DNA of 64,000 nucleotides from assembly GCA_039802605.1 (NCBI GenBank), contig JBDRWW010000003.1:32001-96000 (forward strand), in the 5' to 3' direction. The notes beneath the pieces were generated by a model. That model saw only the letters and a list, made by a program, of their open reading frames with translations. It was not told the DNA's origin and did not search any database. Both the position numbers and the translations under genes were made by a program. Every line of letters begins with the position of its first letter. Within the stretch, counting starts at the first letter, position 1. This stretch comes from a candidate division WOR-3 bacterium (GTDB taxonomy: Bacteria; Hydrothermota; Hydrothermia; LBFQ01). Positions 29,769 to 40,081 of this stretch are shown piece after piece.

Positions 29769-31185
29769 CCTTTACAAATACCGCCGGGGAACTCCCATGA
29801 CCCGTATGCATCGTTTGTCCTGGTTCCCCCTTTCCACAGTTTAGCAAACCCCAGAGTTTCCATTCCTCCTCGCCGCCAACCGCAACCAAAGAGTTCCAGA
29901 ATTCTGGGGTAATACCGTAATATATGACATTCTTCAGGGGTTCGGCCAATCTTCCATTTCTTATACGGTATGCCACTTCCGTTGAAAATTGAAAGTTTAA
30001 CCTCCTCTGATCTATTGACCAAGATTTGTTCCCATCAACAAACACGCCGTCCTTAACCTCCGAGATCAAATCCTCCAATGAGCCTTTATCCGGTAAAAGG
30101 TTTATGTTTGTCATCCTAACCATGGGCATCCTGTTATAAGATGATGCCCTCGCGGTTCCACCGGCCCTCTTGAGTCCGATAGCCCAAGCGCTATCCCTAG
30201 AAGACAGATACCCTACAAGTATTCCCTCTTTTATCAAGTCTATCTTCTGGGCCTCAACGCCCTCATCATCCCAACCAAATGTACCCAAACCCCTTGGTGT
30301 TTTGGCATCCGCAACTATATTCATTAACCTTGATCCGTATTTTAATTTTCCGAGTTTATCAATGGTTGCAAAGCTCGTTCCGGCATAAGAGGCCTCGTAT
30401 CCTATTACCCTGTCCAATTCCAAGGGATGACCCACGCTTTCGTGTATCTGTAATGCCATTTGGTGGGAACCCACAACCAAGGTTGTTTCCATTTCGCTCA
30501 ACCTTTCAGCCTTAGCAAACATAACCGCCTCTTCGCTTATCCTCTCGGCATTGCCAACAAAATCCATCTCCTCCACTATTTCATAACCTCCCTGCAAATG
30601 ATTCCCGCCGTGTGGGGCGGGGTAAGACCTACTTTGTAAATTGCCATCAACATAAACCCAGATGGTATAACCCCCACCGCTTTCGTATATGGTTTGTTTT
30701 ATCCTTGAACCCTCCGTATTCATAAAAAACTTCTCCGTTTTAAAGAAGTTTAAATGCGCATCCCTTGAAACCGCAAATTTGTTCTTTGAAAGGATTTCAT
30801 CCGTTTTAACCAATAGGTTTATCTTTTCCTCCAAAGGTATGGAAAAGGGATCGGTTTTAATGGGTGTAATGTATTCACCCTTATGGGGTGGTTCGCTTAA
30901 AAAGGGATAGGATTTGCCGCTTATTTTAAAAGAGGATTTGGCGAATTCTATTGCCCTATCAACGGTTTTAACTATGTCGTCTAAGAAAAGGGAACTAGTT
31001 GATGCAAATCCCACGCTTCCACCTACAACAGCCCTAATTCCAATTCCCTCTTCCACCGCCTCGTCTATGGATGTAATTGTGCCGTTTTCAAGCCTTATAC
31101 TCTGCTTTGTAATCCTTACATATCTAACCTCGCCGTAATCCACACCCCTTAATCTTTCTATTGCCACTTCCATAACCTTTTCCAT
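29749..31185 (-). CDS. tldD: TldD/PmbA family metalloprotease (TldD type)
   Basis: HESVGHPLELD, DDEGV, RMTNINL, CGKGEP; start moved to ATG 31185. Confidence 0.88.
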   Translation of the reverse strand: MEKVMEVAIERLRGVDYGEVRYVRITKQSIRLENGTITSIDEAVEEGIGIRAVVGGSVGFASTSSLFLDDIVKTVDRAIEFAKSSFKISGKSYPFLSEPPHKGEYITPIKTDPFSIPLEEKINLLVKTDEILSKNKFAVSRDAHLNFFKTEKFFMNTEGSRIKQTIYESGGGYTIWVYVDGNLQSRSYPAPHGGNHLQGGYEIVEEMDFVGNAERISEEAVMFAKAERLSEMETTLVVGSHQMALQIHESVGHPLELDRVIGYEASYAGTSFATIDKLGKLKYGSRLMNIVADAKTPRGLGTFGWDDEGVEAQKIDLIKEGILVGYLSSRDSAWAIGLKRAGGTARASSYNRMPMVRMTNINLLPDKGSLEDLISEVKDGVFVDGNKSWSIDQRRLNFQFSTEVAYRIRNGRLAEPLKNVIYYGITPEFWNSLVAVGGEEEWKLWGLLNCGKGEPGQTMHTGHGSSPAVFVKVKVGSV

Positions 31186-31195
31186 AACGGTTATT

Positions 31196-32050
31196 CTAAT
31201 GCGGTTTAACCATATACACCCTCCCGGTATTATCCGCACCAACCACCGCAAACATTAAGCCGTTTTCAGACCAAACCCCATCTAACACCCAGTGGAAAAA
31301 TGGTTCCGATTCGAGTAACTTATTCCTTTTAAAATCGTAATAATAAACCCTTTTCTTTGTACCCCCGTATATCACCCCCGTTTCAAGGGGGGATACGGCT
31401 ACGAAAAGGGAACCGAAGGTGTTTTCCTTAATCTCTCCCAAAGTTTTCCATGTTTTGGTATCATAGATTTTCAACCCCTCATCGCCTATTACAAACAACC
31501 TTCCGTTTTTAGTCCAAATTATATCCCTTACCTCCGACTGAAACCTATCAAGTATCCTATAAGGTTTCATAATCGTGGTACTCCAAATATCAACCCTGCC
31601 ATCACAAGAACCCGTTGCGAAGAATTCCCCATCCGGTGATATATCGCCCGAAAGCAAGGGGCAACCCGTTTCCGTATTGGATTCCATTGCTGTATCTTGG
31701 AAAAGGGTTATTAAGGCAACCCCTTTGTTCTGAACGGCCAATAACCTCTTTTCATCGGGAAACCATACAATCTTGTTCGTAAATGATGTGTTTTTAAACC
31801 TATAAATTTCGTTCCCGGAAAAGGTATAAATTATTACCCTATCCCCGGCAACCGCTATATACCTCCCCGAGGGGGAAATCCTAACATCCGAGATTTTACT
31901 CATACCGGCCCTAAATTTTAATTTTAAACTCGGCCCGGTATCCGACCAGATATACACATAACCCCTATTATCCGCCGTAACTATTCCCATACTTCCCCAA
32001 TCAACCGCCACTACCGGAAACATATGTGTGAATGTCCAAAGGATTTCCAT
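31196..32050 (-). CDS. WD40-repeat protein
   Basis: Repeated SPSG/SPDG...ATGSCDG.V.IW blades. Confidence 0.75.
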   Translation of the reverse strand: MEILWTFTHMFPVVAVDWGSMGIVTADNRGYVYIWSDTGPSLKLKFRAGMSKISDVRISPSGRYIAVAGDRVIIYTFSGNEIYRFKNTSFTNKIVWFPDEKRLLAVQNKGVALITLFQDTAMESNTETGCPLLSGDISPDGEFFATGSCDGRVDIWSTTIMKPYRILDRFQSEVRDIIWTKNGRLFVIGDEGLKIYDTKTWKTLGEIKENTFGSLFVAVSPLETGVIYGGTKKRVYYYDFKRNKLLESEPFFHWVLDGVWSENGLMFAVVGADNTGRVYMVKPH

Positions 32051-33571
32051 TTACGCCCTCTTAAATATCGCCATAAGGGAACTCAGGGATACAAAAACAC
32101 CCAATATAAACAACGCTATCGCAAAAATCAAGGCCACCATATTTAGTTTCCCAAACTGATATACAAGTGCCCACAGGGTTATTATACTCATAAAAATTGC
32201 CGGAATTAAGGAAACAATATAGTTCCTTTTCGTTTTAAACAACCAAGCGGTTATTACGAATAAGGAAAGGGCGGCCAACAGTTGATTCGCCGCACCAAAA
32301 ACCGTCCATAGGTTATCCGCTTGTCCGCCCAATAACAGGGCTAGGGAGCATATTACGACAATGGCGGAGGAAATATAGATATTTTTCAGTCCAAAGAACT
32401 CCGTTGTTATATACCTGGCGATGCGTGTGGCCGTATCAAGGGTTGTTAGTATAAAAGCGTTTAGGACGAGTATGGCAAAATATCCCCCATAACTCCCGAG
32501 AAAAGGTGTAATATTCCCCACACCCTTACCGAATGTACCTATGGGGTTTGAAGGGTCTAAACCTCCGGATAACGACCCAACCGCTGCTATTACCAACACC
32601 GCCAAAAAACCCTCCAACAACATAGCGCCATAAGATATTTTCTTTGAATCCCTTTCCTTTGGCAATTGCTTTGCCGATGTCCCGGAGGATATTAGGGAAT
32701 GAAAGCCGGATATAGCCCCGCAGGCCACCGTCACGAACAGAAAGGGTACAAGAGGTATATCCGAAGACTTTACTGGGGGTATGTTAAAATGTTTTCCCGA
32801 AATCAATGCCCCGGCGAACATTACAAGAATTCCCCCTACAAGCAGATATGAGGATATGTAATCCCTCGGTTGCAATAGGTATTGCACGGGAATCACCGAT
32901 GCCATAAAGGAATATATCAATAGGATTAAAAGCCAGAAATGATAAGATGCTTTTATGGGAAACATTTCCCCCAAGGGGATAAGGATTATCAACCCCAGTA
33001 TACCCAAGATCGTGGAAATCAGGAGGTTTATATTGAGTTTATAGGTTAAAAAAATTAAGGCCACGGGTATAAGACCGAGGGAGGGTATTACTATATGCGG
33101 GTCTCCCACATAGGATTTCGCCGCAAAGTGCGCAAACACGGCCACTATCAAAACTAAGGCAAACCATACAAAGGCGGAAAACAAAACCCTTGCATATTCC
33201 GATACATAAATCCTTGATACCTCGGATATACTTTTCCCATCATTCCTAAGGGAAACCATCATGGAACCGAAATCGTGAACACCCCCCATAAATACGCTTC
33301 CAAAAAGAACCCAAAGAAATGCCGGAAGCCAACCCCAATATATTAAAGCCAGTGTGGGACCGACTATTGGCCCCGCCCCTGCTATTGAAGCAAAGTGATG
33401 ACCAAAGAGTACCAACCAGCTCCTTGCGGGTACATAATCCCTGCCATCGTAAAGCCTTTCGGCAGGAGTTGGGTTATCCCCAACCTGAAACACACGACTC
33501 AAAAAACCCCCGTATAATACATACCCCATTATGAGGAATAAGACACAAAACATTACAAAAACCACAAGCAT
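32051..33571 (-). CDS. cstA: Carbon starvation protein A family transporter
   Basis: DGRDYVP, GHHFASIAGAGPIVGP, ACGAISGFHS, TTLDTATR; start moved to ATG 33571. Confidence 0.92.
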   Translation of the reverse strand: MLVVFVMFCVLFLIMGYVLYGGFLSRVFQVGDNPTPAERLYDGRDYVPARSWLVLFGHHFASIAGAGPIVGPTLALIYWGWLPAFLWVLFGSVFMGGVHDFGSMMVSLRNDGKSISEVSRIYVSEYARVLFSAFVWFALVLIVAVFAHFAAKSYVGDPHIVIPSLGLIPVALIFLTYKLNINLLISTILGILGLIILIPLGEMFPIKASYHFWLLILLIYSFMASVIPVQYLLQPRDYISSYLLVGGILVMFAGALISGKHFNIPPVKSSDIPLVPFLFVTVACGAISGFHSLISSGTSAKQLPKERDSKKISYGAMLLEGFLAVLVIAAVGSLSGGLDPSNPIGTFGKGVGNITPFLGSYGGYFAILVLNAFILTTLDTATRIARYITTEFFGLKNIYISSAIVVICSLALLLGGQADNLWTVFGAANQLLAALSLFVITAWLFKTKRNYIVSLIPAIFMSIITLWALVYQFGKLNMVALIFAIALFILGVFVSLSSLMAIFKRA

Positions 33572-33638
33572 AACAAAAATTCTAAGTCGGAAAATATTTT
33601 CCCCACACAGAACATTTTCACCCCTTATAATATCCGCT

Positions 33639-34148
33639 ATGCGATTTATACCCATTTTAATTATTGGGTTAATCGTGGGGTGCTCATCCCTACCTCCAAA
33701 GGGCGGAGCCCCGGATGTTTTGGAAGTTAGGTTTAAATCACCTAAGGATTCCATAGTTAGTAAGTTCAAAGCCGTTGTGTATAACAACAAATACGCCGTT
33801 GCAACATATTCCGTTGACGAAGGTATTATTGAAACCGATTGGAGGGAACTAAACAAAAGTTCCTTTTCTTGCTGCTTTGCTTATATGTTTGAAGGGGTAA
33901 GGCAGTCTTGGATAAAGGTTATAGCATATGTTGGTCAGGTCCCGGGCGATACATTAAACTACATTAAACTACAAGGTTTGTTAAAGATTATAGGGACAAG
34001 GCCTTGGGATAACGAAGTTCAGATAAGGCCCATAAAGAAGGGGACTCCTTATTACAAGGAATTGGAGAAATTGATAACGCAGTTGGAGGAACAGTTGGGG
34101 GAGAAGGGTAATTACGAGGCCATGAAAAGGGAGGTATTGCTAAAATGA
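33639..34148 (+). CDS. Lipoprotein, BamC/NlpB-like helix-grip fold possible
   Basis: MRFIPILIIGLIVGC lipobox after a TATAAT box; GIIETDW motif. Confidence 0.55.
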   Translation: MRFIPILIIGLIVGCSSLPPKGGAPDVLEVRFKSPKDSIVSKFKAVVYNNKYAVATYSVDEGIIETDWRELNKSSFSCCFAYMFEGVRQSWIKVIAYVGQVPGDTLNYIKLQGLLKIIGTRPWDNEVQIRPIKKGTPYYKELEKLITQLEEQLGEKGNYEAMKREVLLK

Positions 34149-34594
34149 TGAAAATGATAAGGTATTTTTTACCCTTTGCGGTATTGATTGTATTGCCGAC
34201 TTTGGGCTTTGCCAATTGCCCAGACCCTCCAAAAGGAATTCCTAATAATCCCCTTGGTGAGGGTTTTGCCTTTGCCTATCCAAGCGTTGTTGCCCTTGAT
34301 GCCAATGGTAATACCAGACCTGCTGTATTCTACAAAGTACACCAGTCCGACATAGTTGAAATTTATGACCCCTTTGGCGTACTCGTTAAAAGGTTTGAAC
34401 AAGGTGATAGAAATGAGGTGAAAGACGGAACCTATGCCAACTGTGCTTATCTTTGGTTTGGAGAAAACGGTGCGGGGAAACCCGTTTCTCCTGGCATTTA
34501 CCTTGCGGTTTTGAGGTTTCAAGCCGGAGGGGCTCCAAGCGGCACATCGCGCAGGCAGTATGTCTTGGTTAAGGTTCCCCCAAGGGTAAGGTAA
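34145..34594 (+). CDS. Exported stand-alone FlgD-Ig / T9SS-CTD-like domain protein
   Basis: Signal peptide; IYDPFGVLVKRF...WFGENGAGKPVSPGIYLAVL. Confidence 0.65.
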   Translation: MMKMIRYFLPFAVLIVLPTLGFANCPDPPKGIPNNPLGEGFAFAYPSVVALDANGNTRPAVFYKVHQSDIVEIYDPFGVLVKRFEQGDRNEVKDGTYANCAYLWFGENGAGKPVSPGIYLAVLRFQAGGAPSGTSRRQYVLVKVPPRVR

Positions 34595-34598
34595 GGCC

Positions 34599-35870
34599 AT
34601 GGTGATACTTCTACTATCGCAGATGGGTACGGGTGGAATACCCGGTTATATGTTTGCATACGCAATAGGTGCAAGGCCTTATGGTTTTGGTAGGGCTTTC
34701 ACGGGTTTGGCAGACGATGCGGAAGCTGTTTATTTCAACCCCGGAGCCTTGGCATTTTTGCAAAGGGTAAATGCGACGGCCGGATATTTCCAATTGCCCA
34801 TATCCGATTTTACATACTACTACGCCGCATTTACATTCCCAACGGCAACATTCGGCAGTTTTGGCATAACCGTAATGCAATTACAGAATCCCACAAGGGA
34901 TCAGGGGGCAATATTTTTTGATTCCGTTCAGTGTACGAGATTTGAAGGGTATGTATGTACGGATTCAACTTTCGCTTATGCCGATTTCCCGAAATCCGGT
35001 AACAATGATAGGACGCCCTTTAACGCGGGCCTAATAGCATATTCAAAATCCTTTTCAAGGTACATATCCGTAGGCGCTGCCCTTGAATTGGTATACCATA
35101 GGGTTTATAACTCATCGCCTTCAAGTGCGGGGATTATGGTGGGTATGATGTTTATCCCGAATCAATATTTCTCCTTAGGAATAGTGGGTCAGCACTTTAT
35201 ACCACCCAAAGAGAGTTATTTGATAACATCCCAAACATACCCTCAGGTTTGGAGGTTTGGGATAGGTTTGAGGCCCTTTAACTGGATAAACCTCGTAGTT
35301 GATGGTGCTTATTCAACCTTTTATAACGGATTCAAGTTTTACGGGGGTGCCGAGGCGAGACTCCTCTCCTTCCTTTATGTTAGAGGGGGTATAAACTACG
35401 AGGAGGTTTCCGGTGGTGGGAGTTTTGAATTCACAATAAGGGATATAATTTTCAGGCTTGACGGTGCTTATACATTTAACTATGCTTCAAACGGCGTGTA
35501 TAAGGATTATATGCAGTTTTCCGGTGTTATAAAGTTTGGCGGTTATAGGGTTTGGGCGGATGCCGATCCAAAACTCATTTCCCCTACGGAAGGGGAAGCA
35601 AACATAGCGTTTGTATATCTCCACACCTTCCCAAGGCAGGATGTTGAGAGTTGGGAGTTTATTATAAAGAAACAAACGGGTGAAGTGGTTAGAACCTTTT
35701 ACGGTGAGGGTGAGCCTCCCGTAAGGATTGAATGGGATGGTAGGGATGACGCCGGAAGAATAGTACCCCCCGGGAACTATAACTATCATTATAGGGTAAT
35801 AGATTCGGGGGGTGAAGTTTATGAACGCGCGGGTTATTTGGTTACGGTAAAAAGGGTGGAGGTATGGTAA
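34599..35870 (+). CDS. PorV/UPF0164-like outer-membrane barrel with C-terminal FlgD-Ig domain
   Basis: GARPYGFGRAFTGLADDAEAVYFNPGAL signature; beta-strand pattern; C-terminal VVRTF...WDGRDDAGRIVPPGNY. Confidence 0.75.
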   Translation: MVILLLSQMGTGGIPGYMFAYAIGARPYGFGRAFTGLADDAEAVYFNPGALAFLQRVNATAGYFQLPISDFTYYYAAFTFPTATFGSFGITVMQLQNPTRDQGAIFFDSVQCTRFEGYVCTDSTFAYADFPKSGNNDRTPFNAGLIAYSKSFSRYISVGAALELVYHRVYNSSPSSAGIMVGMMFIPNQYFSLGIVGQHFIPPKESYLITSQTYPQVWRFGIGLRPFNWINLVVDGAYSTFYNGFKFYGGAEARLLSFLYVRGGINYEEVSGGGSFEFTIRDIIFRLDGAYTFNYASNGVYKDYMQFSGVIKFGGYRVWADADPKLISPTEGEANIAFVYLHTFPRQDVESWEFIIKKQTGEVVRTFYGEGEPPVRIEWDGRDDAGRIVPPGNYNYHYRVIDSGGEVYERAGYLVTVKRVEVW

Positions 35871-35871
35871 G

Positions 35872-38424
35872 ATGCTAACGGCAAGTTTAATGCTTTTTGC
35901 AATGTCCTATAATGATTTTTATAGGGCGTATAAGGACGCGGAGGAACTTTTCAGGAAGGGGGATTACTCAAAATCCGAAAAGATATACCGTAAGATCCTC
36001 AGGGATTCCTACAAGTATGGGTTTGGAAACGAAACGAGGTACAGAATAGCCGAGGCGCTGTTTAATCAAGGTAATTTTGACGGCGCTATAAAAGAATGGG
36101 ACAAACTGGCTAAGGAGAAAGATGTAAAGGGTACATACTTGGAACAGGAAATAGCCTATGCCGTTGCCTTGGCCTATGCTATCAAGGGGGATGTCAATAT
36201 TGCCAAACAAAAGTTGTTAGATTTGCAAAATTACCCATACTACAAAAACTCCGATAGGACAAAGTTCCTTGACGGGGTGATATCTTATAGGGAGGGTAAG
36301 TTCTTAGAGGCTTCCGAAAAATTGGCCAAGGCTCAAACCGTTCCAGAGGCCAAGTTTTATTATGCGAGGACATTGGCTATACTCGGAAAACCCTTGGATG
36401 CCGTGGCCATATATAAAGAACTCCTTGAAGATTATTCCGGAACCCCGCAGGAGGCTTTAATAAACTACGGAATGGTAGAGGCAAACTTCATATACGGTGA
36501 TTACAAGGCCACTTCCGAGATGGCAGACGCTTTTACAAAAAGGTTCCACGGGCATAAGCTATCCGACTATGTACAGTATTACTGGGGTATATCCCTTTAC
36601 CGTATGGGTATGGGTGAGGGTGGAAAGAAGGATAGCGTATTACTACCCAAAGCCTTGGAAAAGCTTACATTGCTAACCAAGAAGAGAAACTTTGAATTGG
36701 CGGGTTTGGCCGCGTATTTTGTGGGTAATATTCAACTTGCGCTAAAACAGTACGATGATGCCCTTAACTATTATCAAACCGCCCGTTCAAGGGCTAACGA
36801 TCAGGTGGTATCGTTTATATCAATCCTCAGAATGGCCGAGACTTATTATTACAAAGGGGATACAAATAACGCGTATTTATTGGCCAACCAGTTGGGTTCA
36901 TTCCCCTTATCCCATGAGGAGCAGGGTGTAAGCGAATATTTAACCGGCGCCATCCATTACCTTTTGAGAAAATATCCGGCTTCTATGGAGCAGTTCCAGT
37001 TCCTCATAGAAAACTATCAGAGGTCTTATTTCAGGAGGCCGGCTATGGCCATGATGATTTTCGCCCTTATAAACCAGCACGAATTTGAGGCCGCAATGGC
37101 AAGGGGTAACCTTTACAACGAAGAGGTTTCACAGGACACAACCTTTACGATATGGAACTCTTGGTTCGTTCATGCATTGGCGGAGGCGCATTATTATAAC
37201 AAGGATTATGCGACGGCAGAAAAGTTGTACAACCTAAACCTCAAATATGGGCTTTCAAAGGATTTAATAATACTTTCAAGGTTAGGCTTGGGTTGGGTTT
37301 ATATCCATCAGGACCGCTTGGACGATGCCCTGGCCCAGTTAAACGCCATAGCGGGACAATCACCCGATACATCCGTTGTTATGGCGACATTTTTGGGGAT
37401 AGGGGTGGCGGAGTTTAACAAAGGGAAATATGTAGATGCTTTTGGAAGGTTTTACGCGGTTTATCAATTTGCCCCCGAGAGGGAGGAAATAGCATCCGAG
37501 GCCCTTTATTACTCGGGTTATGCGGCAAAGGCTGCTAAGTCTTATGGTGATGCGGTTAGGAATTGGGACTTAACCATGCAGAAATATCCGAGACAACCCA
37601 AAGCCTGTGATGCCGCTTTCAGTTCCGGCGAATTGTATAAAATGGCCGGACAGTTTGACGATGCCATATCAAGGTTTAGGTGGTTTTTGGAGCATTGCCC
37701 CGACCATCCAAAGGTTCCTAGGGCTCAATTCTGGATAGCCGAGTCCTATGAGGGTAAGAAGGATTGGGAATCCGCAAGGCAGGAGTACGAAACTTTCTTA
37801 AACAAATTCCCGGAAAATGAACTCGCCCCCAAGGCTAAAACCGGCCTTGAAAGGGTTTATTTCAGGCTAACAGAACAAGACCCCAACTATCTTGAAAAGT
37901 TCTTGGAAAGGTTTCCAACAAGCAATATAGCGGCCCTTGCACTTTATAAGGCCGCGGCGGATGCAATGAACGCCGGGGATGAAGTAAAAGCCGCCGATCT
38001 CTTTTTCCGCCTTGGAAACGAGTATCCAAAGAGCGATAAGGCCGAGGAAGCATTATACTACGCTGGAACCCTCTATTTGAAGAACAAGAAGTTTAGAGAG
38101 GCTATTGAGGCTTTCAAAAAGTATAAAGACTTCTTCCCAGATGGGCAACACGCGGAGGATGTGTTCTACTATTCCTCAACCGCTCATTTGTCCTTACAGG
38201 AATACGACGCCGCTATTAAGGCTGTACAGGAATTTATAAAGAGGTTTCCAAATAGTCAAAAAGTGCCCGATGCATATCGTATAATGGGGGTGGCTTATAA
38301 TGAAATGGGGGATGTTAGGAACGCGGCGAGGGCGTTTAGGCAGGCTGCTGACCTTTATAGGCAGCAGGGTAGGGCCACAGAGGCCCAACAAATGGAAGAC
38401 ATTATTAAACAACTTCCGCAATAA
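35872..38424 (+). CDS. Large periplasmic TPR protein (BamD/CpoB-like repeats at C-terminus)
   Basis: Continuous TPR motifs, repeated F/Y-P-x-S/H...A patterns. Confidence 0.85.
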   Translation: MLTASLMLFAMSYNDFYRAYKDAEELFRKGDYSKSEKIYRKILRDSYKYGFGNETRYRIAEALFNQGNFDGAIKEWDKLAKEKDVKGTYLEQEIAYAVALAYAIKGDVNIAKQKLLDLQNYPYYKNSDRTKFLDGVISYREGKFLEASEKLAKAQTVPEAKFYYARTLAILGKPLDAVAIYKELLEDYSGTPQEALINYGMVEANFIYGDYKATSEMADAFTKRFHGHKLSDYVQYYWGISLYRMGMGEGGKKDSVLLPKALEKLTLLTKKRNFELAGLAAYFVGNIQLALKQYDDALNYYQTARSRANDQVVSFISILRMAETYYYKGDTNNAYLLANQLGSFPLSHEEQGVSEYLTGAIHYLLRKYPASMEQFQFLIENYQRSYFRRPAMAMMIFALINQHEFEAAMARGNLYNEEVSQDTTFTIWNSWFVHALAEAHYYNKDYATAEKLYNLNLKYGLSKDLIILSRLGLGWVYIHQDRLDDALAQLNAIAGQSPDTSVVMATFLGIGVAEFNKGKYVDAFGRFYAVYQFAPEREEIASEALYYSGYAAKAAKSYGDAVRNWDLTMQKYPRQPKACDAAFSSGELYKMAGQFDDAISRFRWFLEHCPDHPKVPRAQFWIAESYEGKKDWESARQEYETFLNKFPENELAPKAKTGLERVYFRLTEQDPNYLEKFLERFPTSNIAALALYKAAADAMNAGDEVKAADLFFRLGNEYPKSDKAEEALYYAGTLYLKNKKFREAIEAFKKYKDFFPDGQHAEDVFYYSSTAHLSLQEYDAAIKAVQEFIKRFPNSQKVPDAYRIMGVAYNEMGDVRNAARAFRQAADLYRQQGRATEAQQMEDIIKQLPQ

Positions 38425-38441
38425 AAAGGAGGTAGGGAAAT

Positions 38442-39146
38442 ATGGAAATGGTTTTTGCAATTTTGCCGGCCTTGCAGGAAGGCTTTAATATACTCAACAT
38501 ATTCCGTATATATGCAGTGGTGGACGGCGTAGTCACCTTTATTGGGTTCTTTGATAACTTAACGATGTTTGTTCTACTCATCCTGTTCATCGCAGCCTTA
38601 ATACTCGTAGGCGAGAGGTTATTCTATGTCTTGCGCCGCAAGAACTTCAACGCCAATAAGGTCCTGTCGGATGTTCAGGCATATCTTGAAAACGGGGATG
38701 TAGAAGGCGCAATAGCTTACCTCAAAAGAACGGATCACCCATTACACAACACCCTTAGGGCTGGTCTTGAAAACATACATTTACCCCTTGACCAGATGTA
38801 CGATATGATGGATTCGGTGTTATCATTTGAAAGGTCAAAGCTGCTCAAATTCACCTCGGGTTTATCCTCTATAATTGCCGTCGCTCCCCTTGCCGGTCTA
38901 TTCGGAACAGTGGATGGGTTGATAGACGCATTCCACCAGATAGCGGTTACCGGGACAGGTGGGCCGGAGGTTGTGGGTAAAGGTATATCCACGGCATTGG
39001 TCACTACTTGGTGGGGATTGATAATAGCGATGATGAGCATACCCGTTTATAACTATGTAACAAACATTGTAGATCAAATAACCACGAGGATAGACAACGC
39101 GGCTAGGAGGCTTTTGATAATAGTTAGCCAATTACAAAAGACTTAA
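38442..39146 (+). CDS. MotA/TolQ/ExbB proton channel
   Basis: APLAGLFGTVDGLIDAF, GISTALVTTWWGL; SD AAGGAGGT. Confidence 0.92.
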   Translation: MEMVFAILPALQEGFNILNIFRIYAVVDGVVTFIGFFDNLTMFVLLILFIAALILVGERLFYVLRRKNFNANKVLSDVQAYLENGDVEGAIAYLKRTDHPLHNTLRAGLENIHLPLDQMYDMMDSVLSFERSKLLKFTSGLSSIIAVAPLAGLFGTVDGLIDAFHQIAVTGTGGPEVVGKGISTALVTTWWGLIIAMMSIPVYNYVTNIVDQITTRIDNAARRLLIIVSQLQKT

Positions 39147-39147
39147 T

Positions 39148-39579
39148 ATGGCCAGAAAAAAGGAATTTTCTAAACCCAAGGGGCCGAGTGTAAACCTCGG
39201 CCCCTTCTCCGATGTGACGACCTCTTTGGTCATAATGTTTATGCTAACAATACCCTTCCTCGTGGAATCCGGTATTTACATAAGCAGATCCTTGCCGGCC
39301 AACATAAGAATGCCTACCCCCCAACAACCTCAAAAGAGCGATATAAAAGTTAATATACACTTAAAAGCCGACGGAACAATACTTTTGAACGAGGAACCCG
39401 TTGACCCATCTTTATTGCCCGACCTTATACCCAAGCTCTTGGCAAGGAGTGTGAAGAAACAGGCTTTACTCTCGGCAGACGAGGAGGTTATATATGAGAA
39501 TGTTATCCAAATAATAGACTTATTAAAACAAAAGGGCGCCTCCGATGTGTTAATAATGAAGAGGGCAAAGAGGAGGTAA
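39148..39579 (+). CDS. ExbD/TolR family protein 1
   Basis: NLGPFSDV TM with conserved Asp; ADEEVIY..V..IID. Confidence 0.88.
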   Translation: MARKKEFSKPKGPSVNLGPFSDVTTSLVIMFMLTIPFLVESGIYISRSLPANIRMPTPQQPQKSDIKVNIHLKADGTILLNEEPVDPSLLPDLIPKLLARSVKKQALLSADEEVIYENVIQIIDLLKQKGASDVLIMKRAKRR

Positions 39580-39582
39580 ATT

Positions 39583-40035
39583 ATGGCGAAAAAATTAGAA
39601 AAGAAGGAAGCCCCCGATGTAGGCCAGTACCTCTTCCCAATGGCCGGGGTAATGATATTGGTTTTGGCAACAATGATAGCAAACGCTCAGTCGCTATTTC
39701 AGGGTACCAGTATAAAGGTTGATATTCCCAAGGCAAATGTCATAGAGGTTGATTTGGAGCAGAGCATACCCATATCCATAACTAAGGATGGGAAGGTATA
39801 TGTTCAAGATAAGGAGATGCCCGATTTAAACGCTTTAAGGGATAGGGTAAAGGAATTGCAGGAAAAGTACGCCCTTGATGCCGGAGACCCAGAACTCAAA
39901 GGGCAACAGCTAACCGTTATAAGGGCCGACAAGGAAATAAACTGGGGAAGGGTTTTAGAGGTCATAGACGAGACGAAAAGGGCGGGTTGTAAAAGAACCG
40001 CCCTTGCGGTTATAAAGAGGAGGGGGGGAGGTTGA
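39583..40035 (+). CDS. ExbD/TolR family protein 2 (TM Asp absent)
   Basis: TM YLFPMAGV; VDIPKA; IRADKEINWGRVLEVID..KRAG. Confidence 0.85.
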   Translation: MAKKLEKKEAPDVGQYLFPMAGVMILVLATMIANAQSLFQGTSIKVDIPKANVIEVDLEQSIPISITKDGKVYVQDKEMPDLNALRDRVKELQEKYALDAGDPELKGQQLTVIRADKEINWGRVLEVIDETKRAGCKRTALAVIKRRGGG

Positions 40036-40060
40036 AGGAAAAATTTTTCACCTTTATAAT
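40032..40060 (+). promoter_or_regulatory. Internal sigma70-type promoter TTGAAG-17-TATAAT upstream of tonB-like gene
   Basis: Hexamers at 40032-40037 and 40055-40060; SD AGGAGGTG at 40070. Confidence 0.6.
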
Positions 40061-40081
40061 ATACAGAACAGGAGGTGGGAC

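Noticed and set aside
33531..33856. Long head-to-head overlap of cstA and the lipoprotein ORF
   Set aside because: Better starts at 33571 (-) and 33639 (+), each with a -10 box, remove the overlap
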